The notes under the pieces are model-generated. The model searched no databases and had not been told where the DNA came from. It worked only from the letters and a program-made list of their open reading frames with translations. A DNA stretch of 48,139 nucleotides from Clostridia bacterium. Its GTDB lineage: Bacteria; Bacillota; Clostridia; Christensenellales; UBA1242. This document shows positions 1 through 8,995 of the stretch, in pieces (within the stretch, counting starts at the first letter, position 1; each line of letters starts with the position of its first letter). Where the stretch lies: NCBI GenBank assembly GCA_045614835.1, contig JAZLDP010000004.1, positions 1 to 48,139 on the forward strand, in the 5' to 3' direction. Position numbers and translations under genes: made by a program.

Positions 1-18
1 CCCCCATATCATATCAAA
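1..18. repeat. terminal identity (assembly overlap or edge of a terminal redundancy)
   Basis: nt 1-18 CCCCCATATCATATCAAA are identical to nt 48122-48139, which implies a closed unit of 48,121 bp. Confidence 0.95.
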
Positions 19-29
19 TCCCCCCTCCT
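16..29 (-). repeat. AAATCCCCCCTCCT box (partial S element)
   Basis: near-identical to 48023-48035 (AAATCCCCCTCCT); the minus strand reads AGGAGGGGGGATTT. Confidence 0.8.
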
Positions 30-60
30 TTATACCCCTAGTCACAGAAAGTCATTAACA

Positions 61-72
61 AAAAAGAAGGTA
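61..72 (+). repeat. 12-nt exact repeat AAAAAGAAGGTA, copy 2 of 3
   Basis: identical 12-mers at 48074-48085, 61-72 and 193-204, all in the same orientation. Confidence 0.9.
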
Positions 73-98
73 AGGTATTAATTTCTGAAAAAAGGGGT

Positions 99-124
99 CA
101 AATTTCGCCTGTAATCAATTTTTT
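99..124 (-). repeat. S element copy (dispersed ~30-nt element)
   Basis: plus strand CAAATTTCGCCTGTAATCAATTTT; the minus-strand reading resembles AAAACGATTACAGGGCAATTT seen at 12849-12881 and 45664-45691. Confidence 0.6.
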
Positions 125-159
125 TCAAAAAACCGAGAACTAATTAGGGTAAGGGGGTT

Positions 160-185
160 AAAACGATTGTGAGGGAAATTTGGGG
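160..185 (+). repeat. S element copy, inverted relative to the others
   Basis: AAAACGATTGTGAGGGAAATTTGGGG on the plus strand; can pair imperfectly with 99-124 and 48023-48044. Confidence 0.6.
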
Positions 186-192
186 TTCAAGA

Positions 193-204
193 AAAAAGAA
201 GGTA
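193..204 (+). repeat. 12-nt exact repeat AAAAAGAAGGTA, copy 3 of 3
   Basis: see 61-72. Confidence 0.9.
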
Positions 205-277
205 AATGTTGTGGTAATAAAAAAGACCCTTAACTAGAAAAAGTCAAGAGTCAATTTAATAGAAAAAAATTATGATA

Positions 278-335
278 GGAGAACCAGAGCAGGGAAAGAT
301 AAGGATTAAGATATAGGGGTTTGCAGAGGTTCTCC
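278..335. repeat. 8-bp perfect inverted repeat GGAGAACC / GGTTCTCC with a 42-nt spacer
   Basis: arms at 278-285 and 328-335; G+C-rich arms in an AT-rich genome. Confidence 0.7.
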
Positions 336-434
336 CGAAAAAAAGAATGTCACGAATAGAGAAAATGGGGGTATTTATATTTACGGAGTGAGTTTAAAAA
401 TATAAAAAAATTTCTTTGGCTATTCGCAGTTATA

Positions 435-464
435 ATTATACTACAATAAAAAATACAATGTCAA
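435..464 (-). promoter_or_regulatory. sigma70/sigmaA-type promoter (TTGACA-18-TATAAT) pointing into the gene-free region
   Basis: the minus strand reads TAA(stop of CDS 475..6918)-aaaaaatctc-TTGACA-ttgtattttttattgtag-TATAAT; -35 at 459-464, -10 at 435-440. Confidence 0.6.
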
Positions 465-474
465 GAGATTTTTT

Positions 475-3400
475 TTAGAAAAGAGATTCAAACAATTTTT
501 GCTTATTACTTTTAGACATTGGTAAGCTTTGAATATAAGCTTTAGCCTCAGACTTTTTCATACCTTTACAGTCAAAATAAGTGAAGAAAAAGTCATCATA
601 AGTTAAGGAAGAATTTCCTACTAAATTTGAAGCTTTTTCGAATAACTTAGTTGAGTGGAATTTAAGAGCAGTTTCCGCTCCAAAAGTAAGATATAGTCCG
701 TAGTAGTAATCATCATCGATAGAGTCTTCGGATAATTGAAGTTGGTTAAGATTACTTCCTAAAGCATCTACATTTTCATAAGCAGTTTTATACATATTAT
801 TTATTAATAATTGTATTGTTTTTAATTGTTGGTCTTTTTCGTTTTTAGAAAGTGAAGTGTCCTCCTCGATTTTTCTTTGTTCATCGTATAACTCAGATAT
901 TTTAGATTTAACTTTATTCATATATTTCACTTGAAGAGTAGCAACAGCATCTCCATCAGATTTTAAATATTGAAGCTTAGTTAATTTTTTACTAAAATCT
1001 TGATAATATTTAGTTTTATAAACTGGGTCAACGGTTAAATTAGATGAAACAAATGTTAAAGCATTAGTTTTACCATCTGAATTTGTTGCGGGGATAAGAA
1101 TATCTCCGATTACGCCTGAATATTGGTCAATAAGATAATCTATTTTTTTAGGAGAGTAATTAAATACCTTTCCCAAAGCTTTAGATATAGCTGAAGTAGA
1201 TTCATCATATCTGTCTGATGGTCTAATATTATCATATTTTGATGATTCTATTTGACCTCCATACCAAGTGGTATTAGTTTTTACATCATTTATTGGTGAT
1301 AATATAGTTCTAAAATCATTAACTGGTGATACAGCTTGAGAAACAGTTTCTCCATATCCTTCAAATGCTGTTTTATCGCCTTTTAACAAGTAATCAGCTG
1401 ATTTAGTTAAAGCACTTGATAATACAGTTATAACTCTTCCCTTAGGTATTTTAACGAATTTATCTCCAATTTTAATCAAATAGTTATTATCTCTATAATA
1501 ATCAGATAATCCTTGATATTCATCATCATCATAATAAACTATGTAATTAAATAACGAAGGAGTTAATCCTATTAATATAGCTCTAGCTAATAAAGATGCT
1601 AATTCTTTTAATGTTTTTCTAGAGAAAATAGTTCTGTATAATTTGACAAAACCTTGAACTTGGGCATTTAAGAAAGGCATTACAGTAGCATTTAAAGCTT
1701 TAGTAGCTTTTCCTGAACGACCAAAGTTAACAGTTATTTCTTGAGCATCATAAAAAGCTTCTTCATAAGATTTTCCATTTTCAAGAGATGAAATAAACTC
1801 AGCAATTCTTACAGATTGTTCAACAATCATATTAGCTCTAGCTATTTTATTTTTAACCTTTGATAATGCGTTTTTAGGATTTAATATATTAGGCTTTGAT
1901 AAAGGTTTATTAACGATAATTCCGTTATTAAAATCAAAGAAACTTGAATATAAACCGCCCATAGAACAATATCTTTGCCAAATTTCTCCATTTTTTAATA
2001 TTTCTTTAAAAGCTTTAGGCATATTTTTACTTAAAGATTTTATTCCGTTTTTAGAATACAATAACGCATCTTGAATATCTCTTGAAAAGTTTCGAATTAT
2101 GAAAAATGGGTTAAATTCAGTAGTAAATGCTTTAAATAATTTATTAGCTTTATTAATTGGCTTTAATATTAAATTATTTGAATAATCATTAACGCTTGAC
2201 AATGTGTTAAATCCTTCTAAAATTTCATTTGTTACTTCCATTGAAATTCGTTCTCCATTTTTATAGAAAGATACAACATTACCCTTTTCTCCTAAGTCTT
2301 CCTCAGTGTATTCATCAACAGTTTTTCTTATTTTAATTTGCTCTACGATTCTAACATCTTGATTTGAATCTTTATATTTAGAATTCATTTTTGCATCATA
2401 AATATCTTTAGCCATTTCATTTACTGCAATATTCTTATAAACACGCTTTAATTGGCTTGCAAATTGCTCGTGTAAAGGCTTTATTAATATATCACTACCT
2501 TTTGCTTTTTTAACTCCTGTAGAAACGTTTTTAGCACTACCAGCTACAGGTTTGCTTAATAATGTTGATTGGATTTCTCTTTCAGTAGGAACATAATGAG
2601 GATATATACTAGCCATTTCACGATATTGATTTACATCAATTAATCCTGCTTCTAATCTTAACCTGTTTAAAGCATCAGCAAATTGCCATACATCTTTAGC
2701 GTGTTCTTTAAATTCTGGATATTTTTTATCATATTCAGATATTATTTCTAAGCTATCTTTTGCAGTGACATCATTTCCAAATACAGGTTTCGGTTCTCTA
2801 AACACTTCTTTAAATTCATTAAATTGTTTTTCAGTCATAAAGCTTTTAAATTCTTCAATAGATAATGATTCTTGTTTAGAGTCGCTTATCTTTTTAATCA
2901 TTTTTGCTTTTTTATAATCGGTTAAAAAGTTTAATTTTTGAATATCATTAGCTGTAACTTTTTTGAATAAATTCATTCTATCTACATTATGGTTATGTAG
3001 TAAGTAATCATAGTATTCAGTTCTTTTTTGTTCAGTATCCATCCAATTAAAAATTTCATCGTAAGATTTTGATAAAACTTTATCGCCTTTTAAATTTCTT
3101 ATTCCGTTTTGTAAAGAATAATCAGCTCTATTTTTAAATCCTCTTAATAAATTAGCTTTAACTTCATAATTGTCTTTATTTTCAGTATATAACTTAATTA
3201 TGTTATTAACTCCAGCCATAGTATCGATTAAAGCAATTTTTGCTTGCTCAGTTCCCTTTTTAAAAGCATTGATTTTATTTTGATTTATTTGAGTAGTTAC
3301 CGTTTTTACTTTAGATAAAGTAGGACTTTTTACAGAATATCTTACATTTGATTTTTTGCTTTCAACAAACTTTAATAGCTTTTCTTCATTTTTTTTGTTT

Positions 3401-6400
3401 ATTGGAATTAATTGCTCTTTAAAAACAGGAACGTTTAACGATGTTGTTTTTGTGTTGTTAAATATTTGACCTTTTAATGTATTTGGAATTGTTTTTTCTG
3501 GATTGTATTTATCATAAGTTTCATAATAAGGGTCAATTAAAATTTGGACTTGAGTGTATCCCTCTTTCATTAAAGCATACATTCTATGTCTTCCTTCGTG
3601 TCCTTTTATTTTGCCTGATTGCATATCAATAACTAAATAAATAGAATCTCCTAATCGCATTGGCTTTGTTTTTAATTCTTCTAAATCTAATTTTCTTGTT
3701 TCATTTTTAAATTTTTCTTTATAAGAAGTAGGAACTGTTAATTCTAAAAATTCTTGTGGAGAAATGTAATAAGAAAAATATGTAGCGTAATCTTCATTAA
3801 ATTTTGTTGAACTTATATCTATAAATGATGACAATCTTTTTTCAGTAAAAGAAACTGTTTTTCCACTTTCTCTTAATTGTTTTAAATTATTATAACTGTT
3901 TTGATTTCTAGATAAAAATTCAGGACTTCTAAATCCTTTATCCTTATTTCTTTGATAAGAAGTTAAATTTTTATCTGATTTTTTCCTGTAATCTTCAATT
4001 ATTTTTTCCTCTATTTTAGCATCATTAATATTATTATAATTTAATTTTTCTATTACAAAATTTTCAAACTCTCTAAAACTATTTTCGTAAACTTTATCAT
4101 TATCAAATTTAACTAAATCTTTATAAGCTTGTTTAAAAGATTTTTCATCAATAATACTTTCTTTTAACATTTTTATTCCATATATTTCTTCATAATAATC
4201 AGTATTTTTATCTGAATCTTTTTTTATAGAGTATTTAGTTTTAAAAAAACTCATTTGATATTCTTTAGCTTCATCGTAACTATCTTTATCAAAAAATTTT
4301 GTTTCGACTTTTTTGTTTGTATTTACCATAAAAGCTACTTTAGGCATATTATGATTTTTAGCAATGTTATCGTGGTCATACTCCATATTATAATCCATTA
4401 ATGAAGCTGTTTTAAAATCAAAAATTAAATTATACATTTTTTGCAAATCTTGATTTACAGAAGCATAACAATCTAATGTTTTGGCTTTTTCTTTAACTAT
4501 TTGTGATATATTTGATAAAAATCCTCTTTTTCTACCACAATTAAAAACGCTTATTAAATCTCCATCATTAGTAATAGCAAAACCACTTAATCCATCATCG
4601 CTTAAATAACAAATTGAATCTTTATAATCATCGTGTAAATCTACTAATTCTCCATTTTCAGTATAATTTCTTGCTATTTCAAAAATATCGTGAAATAAAT
4701 CTCCATCAATATTTTCATATAAATTAAAATCTTTTAAATGTAATATCCTATTAGAGCTGGAGTTATAGCCTCTACTGTCCAACCTTCTTTTAAAAATTTC
4801 GGAAAGTCTTCGTTGTAATCTTTCATTATTCTTTGCGTAGATTCTTTGCTCACTACTTTTAGCAAATTCTTCTCTACTTTCTTCTTGAAGTCTTCTAAAT
4901 TCATTTTCTTCTCCTTTTAAACTTAATTTTTCTTTTTTGTTATTATCAGATTTAGCACTTTCGCTTTCTTTTAATAAACTTGTGAATATATTAAAACTTT
5001 CATTTATTGCTTTTTTGTATTCTTTTAATAACTTTTTATTACCTTTAAATTTGTCTAAATTCTCTTTTCTTTCTTTGAAAAAATCAACTAGCTTTTCTAA
5101 AGTATTTCTATTGTCTCCAACTAATTTTCTAGCTAAAGATTTATCTGAAAGCATATCTCCAAAAACATCAGCAAACATTTCTTGTTTAATATATTCATCT
5201 TGCTTTTCAACAGACATTTTCTTAAATGCATCTAATCCTTTTTCATTTGAGTTTAAATATAAATTCTTTTTAGCATCAAACTCTTTTTTAAACTCTTCAT
5301 TATTATTTTGGCTTTCAAAATAATTAGCAAAAACAAGTTCATATAATTTTTTTCCTTCAGCTGTATGAGTTAATTCGTGACCCGTTGTTTTAGCATATGC
5401 TTGCTTCCATAATTCTTCATTATTTAATGAATTACTTAAAGTTATAACATTACCTTTTACATATCCATTAACTGATTTTCTATTTGTGAAATTTAAACCA
5501 AAATTAGATGAGGTAATTTTATTTAAATTTCTAATCATTTCGCTAGCATAATCTTGCTTAGCCTTTGTTTCAGCATCAGCATTTAAATAACTTTTTTTGA
5601 ATGAGCCATCTTTGTTATATTTGTAATTTTGAGCAGTTCTATTAATATATTTTTTACGCTCTTCAACATCCATTGCTTTAACTTTTTCACTAATACTAGA
5701 CTCTAAATTGCTTAATCTACTAGATATTTTTTCTTTTTTTGATTCTTTAAGATTTTTATCTCTTATTTCGCTTTGTAATCTAGAAACTTCGGAAAGTTCA
5801 TTTTGTTCTAAAATTTCATTTATAGTTGTTCCTTTTTTAGATAATTCTTTTTCTATTTCAGAAGAAAATTCAGTTGTTTTAGAGTTTATTTCATTTGCTA
5901 ATTCATTAGCTTGTTCTAAATTGCCTTCTTCAACTTGTTTAATCATTTCATCTTGTAATTCAACTACATTTGAAGCTACTCGGCTTCCTTTAGATGTTAA
6001 AGCTACATTACCACCCATAATTACAGCACTACATAAAGCACCATTTAAACCAGCTTGTAAAACATTACCAACAAATTCATCGCTTTTATATTCTTCTAAT
6101 GCATCATCTTTATAAATAGATTTCATTAAAGGTTGTAATGATTCACTAACCATTTCTTCTACGCCTTCACCAGCCATATTTACTAATACTTTTGTAGCTG
6201 TACTTTTAGCCATTTTCATACTTAAATTAGGCATTAATTTAGTAATTTGTCCTTTTCCAAGACCACCTAATCCACCACTTAACATTTCAATAGCTGTTTC
6301 AACAGCTCCGTTAATAGTTCCGTATAATATTGCCTCATCTTTTGTTGCACCTTCTTGTAAAGCTTGTTCAGCACCACTTCCTCCAGCACTTAAACCAAAA

Positions 6401-6918
6401 GCAACAGTTCCAGCAGTTCCTCCAGTAGCAACATTCAATGCTATCGATGGTAGCATTTGACCAACGTTTACTAAAACATCGCTAACAATAGAATCTTCTG
6501 AATAAAAAGAATCTTTATGAGCAGATGTTTTAACATCTCCTAATAATTCTTTTGTCCAATCTTTTTCAACAAAATCTGTAATTGTATCTCCTTTGTCTAA
6601 TTTAGAAATTAATATACCACCAGCATCAATTATACCTTCAACTCCTTTTGAAGCACCGTATAACACATCAGCTCCAGCTGAAGCAACAGTTTTTATTATT
6701 TTTGTGAATACATCAGCATCTTCATCAATAATTTGACCTTCTTCATTTGTTATATCTGGTAAAATGTTTTCGTATTGCTGTTTTTGATTATATGTAGAAA
6801 TGGGGTTAGCTTGATTACTAACCCCTTTATTATCTAAAATAGTAGGTTCTTGTCTTTTAGATTGATATTTTTCTAACAAAGAATTGTCTTTTTTATATTT
6901 TTCTAAAATACTAGCCAT
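475..6918 (-). CDS. giant multidomain polyvalent virion protein (probable internal/ejected protein)
   Basis: 2147-aa uninterrupted ORF with an AGGAGG SD. Gly/Ala-rich hydrophobic tape-measure-like segments at aa ~70-310. Zincin motif HELTH at aa 514-518 (nt 5365-5379). GNAT-like block including GFAITNDGDLISVFN at aa ~725-865. ParB/Srx-like GHEGRHR at aa 1106-1112 (nt 3583-3603). About 950-aa C-terminal module of unknown fold. Last gene of the strand. Confidence 0.6.
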   Translation of the reverse strand: MASILEKYKKDNSLLEKYQSKRQEPTILDNKGVSNQANPISTYNQKQQYENILPDITNEEGQIIDEDADVFTKIIKTVASAGADVLYGASKGVEGIIDAGGILISKLDKGDTITDFVEKDWTKELLGDVKTSAHKDSFYSEDSIVSDVLVNVGQMLPSIALNVATGGTAGTVAFGLSAGGSGAEQALQEGATKDEAILYGTINGAVETAIEMLSGGLGGLGKGQITKLMPNLSMKMAKSTATKVLVNMAGEGVEEMVSESLQPLMKSIYKDDALEEYKSDEFVGNVLQAGLNGALCSAVIMGGNVALTSKGSRVASNVVELQDEMIKQVEEGNLEQANELANEINSKTTEFSSEIEKELSKKGTTINEILEQNELSEVSRLQSEIRDKNLKESKKEKISSRLSNLESSISEKVKAMDVEERKKYINRTAQNYKYNKDGSFKKSYLNADAETKAKQDYASEMIRNLNKITSSNFGLNFTNRKSVNGYVKGNVITLSNSLNNEELWKQAYAKTTGHELTHTAEGKKLYELVFANYFESQNNNEEFKKEFDAKKNLYLNSNEKGLDAFKKMSVEKQDEYIKQEMFADVFGDMLSDKSLARKLVGDNRNTLEKLVDFFKERKENLDKFKGNKKLLKEYKKAINESFNIFTSLLKESESAKSDNNKKEKLSLKGEENEFRRLQEESREEFAKSSEQRIYAKNNERLQRRLSEIFKRRLDSRGYNSSSNRILHLKDFNLYENIDGDLFHDIFEIARNYTENGELVDLHDDYKDSICYLSDDGLSGFAITNDGDLISVFNCGRKRGFLSNISQIVKEKAKTLDCYASVNQDLQKMYNLIFDFKTASLMDYNMEYDHDNIAKNHNMPKVAFMVNTNKKVETKFFDKDSYDEAKEYQMSFFKTKYSIKKDSDKNTDYYEEIYGIKMLKESIIDEKSFKQAYKDLVKFDNDKVYENSFREFENFVIEKLNYNNINDAKIEEKIIEDYRKKSDKNLTSYQRNKDKGFRSPEFLSRNQNSYNNLKQLRESGKTVSFTEKRLSSFIDISSTKFNEDYATYFSYYISPQEFLELTVPTSYKEKFKNETRKLDLEELKTKPMRLGDSIYLVIDMQSGKIKGHEGRHRMYALMKEGYTQVQILIDPYYETYDKYNPEKTIPNTLKGQIFNNTKTTSLNVPVFKEQLIPINKKNEEKLLKFVESKKSNVRYSVKSPTLSKVKTVTTQINQNKINAFKKGTEQAKIALIDTMAGVNNIIKLYTENKDNYEVKANLLRGFKNRADYSLQNGIRNLKGDKVLSKSYDEIFNWMDTEQKRTEYYDYLLHNHNVDRMNLFKKVTANDIQKLNFLTDYKKAKMIKKISDSKQESLSIEEFKSFMTEKQFNEFKEVFREPKPVFGNDVTAKDSLEIISEYDKKYPEFKEHAKDVWQFADALNRLRLEAGLIDVNQYREMASIYPHYVPTEREIQSTLLSKPVAGSAKNVSTGVKKAKGSDILIKPLHEQFASQLKRVYKNIAVNEMAKDIYDAKMNSKYKDSNQDVRIVEQIKIRKTVDEYTEEDLGEKGNVVSFYKNGERISMEVTNEILEGFNTLSSVNDYSNNLILKPINKANKLFKAFTTEFNPFFIIRNFSRDIQDALLYSKNGIKSLSKNMPKAFKEILKNGEIWQRYCSMGGLYSSFFDFNNGIIVNKPLSKPNILNPKNALSKVKNKIARANMIVEQSVRIAEFISSLENGKSYEEAFYDAQEITVNFGRSGKATKALNATVMPFLNAQVQGFVKLYRTIFSRKTLKELASLLARAILIGLTPSLFNYIVYYDDDEYQGLSDYYRDNNYLIKIGDKFVKIPKGRVITVLSSALTKSADYLLKGDKTAFEGYGETVSQAVSPVNDFRTILSPINDVKTNTTWYGGQIESSKYDNIRPSDRYDESTSAISKALGKVFNYSPKKIDYLIDQYSGVIGDILIPATNSDGKTNALTFVSSNLTVDPVYKTKYYQDFSKKLTKLQYLKSDGDAVATLQVKYMNKVKSKISELYDEQRKIEEDTSLSKNEKDQQLKTIQLLINNMYKTAYENVDALGSNLNQLQLSEDSIDDDYYYGLYLTFGAETALKFHSTKLFEKASNLVGNSSLTYDDFFFTYFDCKGMKKSEAKAYIQSLPMSKSNKQKLFESLF

Positions 6919-6927
6919 AAATTCCTC

Positions 6928-8085
6928 CTATTTTTTCAACGTTTTCTCTTCAGAAAATCCGTATAAAATATTATATTTTCCTCCCTTTGTTGTGTATCCC
7001 TGAGGAATATAAACATTGCTTAACACATTTCCAGCTTTTGCTTTATCTTTATCGACTTTATACAATTTATTATTATATACATAATAAATATTATCGTATT
7101 TTTTATCTTTTTTACCGTAATTTAATTGAACAAATGAACCATTTGAAATTTTACCTGATTTCAAATCATTTAAGATTTTTTCAACATATTCTGTTTGTTC
7201 TTTTCCTTGTTTAACATTTAACTTTGTTGATAAATCAGTAGCAGATGTGTAAGCATCAATAGAAATAGGATTCTTATCATTTGAATAAGCATTTATTTCT
7301 CCAGTTACAGCTATGTCATTTATTTCATTTTCTAATGTATTATATGTTGATTCATTTAAAACATTCTTATAACCCTTTAATATAGTTTCTAATTGTTCTC
7401 TACTGTTTTGACCAATTTCCATTGCTTCATTAATCTTATTAGCAACTTCAGCTTCATATAATTCTTGCTCTTTATAATATAAAGCATTATTTAATTCTGT
7501 ATTTTCTACATTTCCATACATTTTCTTAATTCTATCTAAATCTTGGAAATTAGATACATTATTTAACGCAGAAATATAATTTGATACTGTTTCTTTTTCT
7601 TGTTCTTTCATTTGAGCTTGGAAATTAGTATCTAATTCTTGTTGAGCTTGTAATCTTTCTGATTCTATATCGGTCATACCTTTAGAATATGCAGAACTTA
7701 AATTAGCTATATTTTGCCCATATTGACTAGCTATAGCATTAGCAGAAGTTTCGCTAGTTCCAACTTGCGATAAACCTTGAGATGCTAGTTGAGTTCCTAA
7801 ATATTTTTGGGCATATTGTTTGTTTAAACTTTGTTGCTCTAAAGCTTTTTGATAATCAGATGTCAACTGATTTGCTTTATTCATTGATGATTGATATAAA
7901 TTTACAGTTGATTGATTGTATGCATCTTGTGGATTATATGCGTTTTTTGTATTTTGTAATTGAACAACACCAGATTGAATAGATGCTATTTGTTGATTAT
8001 AATAATCAGCTACTTGTTTAGCATTGCTAGCACCTGTTCCTCCGTTTCTGTATTGGTCAACAATCTCTTTAGGACTGTAATTCAT
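6928..8085 (-). CDS. hypothetical virion-module protein, Q/N/S-rich with a coiled-coil centre
   Basis: 385-aa ORF; ATG 8085 preceded by AAAAGGAGGAAAC; composition strongly Q/N/S biased. Confidence 0.8.
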   Translation of the reverse strand: MNYSPKEIVDQYRNGGTGASNAKQVADYYNQQIASIQSGVVQLQNTKNAYNPQDAYNQSTVNLYQSSMNKANQLTSDYQKALEQQSLNKQYAQKYLGTQLASQGLSQVGTSETSANAIASQYGQNIANLSSAYSKGMTDIESERLQAQQELDTNFQAQMKEQEKETVSNYISALNNVSNFQDLDRIKKMYGNVENTELNNALYYKEQELYEAEVANKINEAMEIGQNSREQLETILKGYKNVLNESTYNTLENEINDIAVTGEINAYSNDKNPISIDAYTSATDLSTKLNVKQGKEQTEYVEKILNDLKSGKISNGSFVQLNYGKKDKKYDNIYYVYNNKLYKVDKDKAKAGNVLSNVYIPQGYTTKGGKYNILYGFSEEKTLKK

Positions 8086-8989
8086 TTTTTGTTTCCTCCT
8101 TTTTTAATTGAGAATTTTCTAATATTTTTTTGCTTTCATAATATGGAATTTTATTTACAAATTTATCTATAATTACCAAAACCCTTTTAATTTTTTCTCT
8201 TATCGTTTTTGTTACAAATTCATAAGCATTTAAATATTCAATAAATCCTAAAGCTAAATAAATAGCAACTTGTAAACCTGCCCATATCATTCCGCTTTTA
8301 GAAATTGCTCCCTCTTTTAAAATATAATATCCAAATATAAATCCTACTAACAGTCCAAGTAAAATATTTTCTACTGATGCTTTCTTTTGAAACTTTTTAG
8401 TAGAAGCTTTTAATAAACTTTCTTCATCACTTGAACTATCGTATGCGTTAGTAATAAGTTTAGATGTATATTGAAATACTTTCATTTTTCTAGCTTTTTT
8501 ACATATTTTATATTTTTCCATTTCTCTTTTATTAAGTTCTTTATCGTTCTTAATTTTTTTTGGCTTTACACAATATTTTTCAGATTTAAATTCATCATAA
8601 GAAATAGCATTTTTTACTAAGTATATTTTTTGTTTGTTTTTTAATCTTTCATCGTTTTCATCTTTGCAAAACAAATCAATATACTCTATTTTTTTAGATA
8701 TTTTTTCTATTGATGAACCATAATTATTACAAGTATTAATAAATGCTGGGTTTTCAAAACCATTATTTATTCCTTTTTTTCTGAAAATCGTTTTAATAGT
8801 AATACTTACAGTAAATGCTATTGCACCATCAGCAAATATTTCAGCTATAGTTTTACCACTTTCGTGGACTTCTAGCATACCTTTAAATATATAAACTGCA
8901 CAAACCAAAAATAAAGCAAAATTCATAATATTCGCTTTAATAAAATTGGTAAACTTTTCTGTTTTTGTTAATTCATAATTATCTCTCAT
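8069..8989 (-). CDS. membrane protein (N-terminal and C-terminal TM helices, Lys-rich middle)
   Basis: 306-aa ORF; hydrophobic stretches FALFLVCAVYIF, GAIAFTVSITI, ILLGLLVGFIFGYYIL and WAGLQVAIYLALGFI. Confidence 0.75.
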   Translation of the reverse strand: MRDNYELTKTEKFTNFIKANIMNFALFLVCAVYIFKGMLEVHESGKTIAEIFADGAIAFTVSITIKTIFRKKGINNGFENPAFINTCNNYGSSIEKISKKIEYIDLFCKDENDERLKNKQKIYLVKNAISYDEFKSEKYCVKPKKIKNDKELNKREMEKYKICKKARKMKVFQYTSKLITNAYDSSSDEESLLKASTKKFQKKASVENILLGLLVGFIFGYYILKEGAISKSGMIWAGLQVAIYLALGFIEYLNAYEFVTKTIREKIKRVLVIIDKFVNKIPYYESKKILENSQLKKEETKNELQS

Positions 8990-8995
8990 TTTTTA

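Larger units (their letters stand above)
1..428 (-). ncRNA. candidate non-coding transcript or long leader driven by promoter 435-464
   Basis: consensus promoter directly upstream; no ORF >=60 aa in any frame; G+C visibly above the genome background; internal repeat families and an 8-bp inverted repeat; 3' end unknown and may continue across the junction. Confidence 0.3.

Noticed and set aside
179-190. TTTGGGGTTCAAG resembling a tRNA T-arm
   Set aside because: No complementary 3' half, no acceptor or anticodon stems around it. I found no tRNA anywhere in the window.
4937-6115. Plus-strand ORFs 4937..5323 and 5708..6115. The same applies to all other plus-strand ORFs in the track: 6987..7214, 7782..7982, 7960..8172, 12853..13059, 15547..15744, 22428..22628, 23520..23768, 25806..26006, 26847..27038, 27823..28011, 29314..29496, 30094..30333, 30949..31167, 32988..33257, 34000..34365, 35635..35826, 39594..39836 and 41869..42057.
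   Set aside because: All lie entirely antisense within long, well-supported minus-strand genes. They encode L/F/S/I-rich low-complexity peptides typical of the shadow frame of AT-rich coding DNA, and have no SD boxes.
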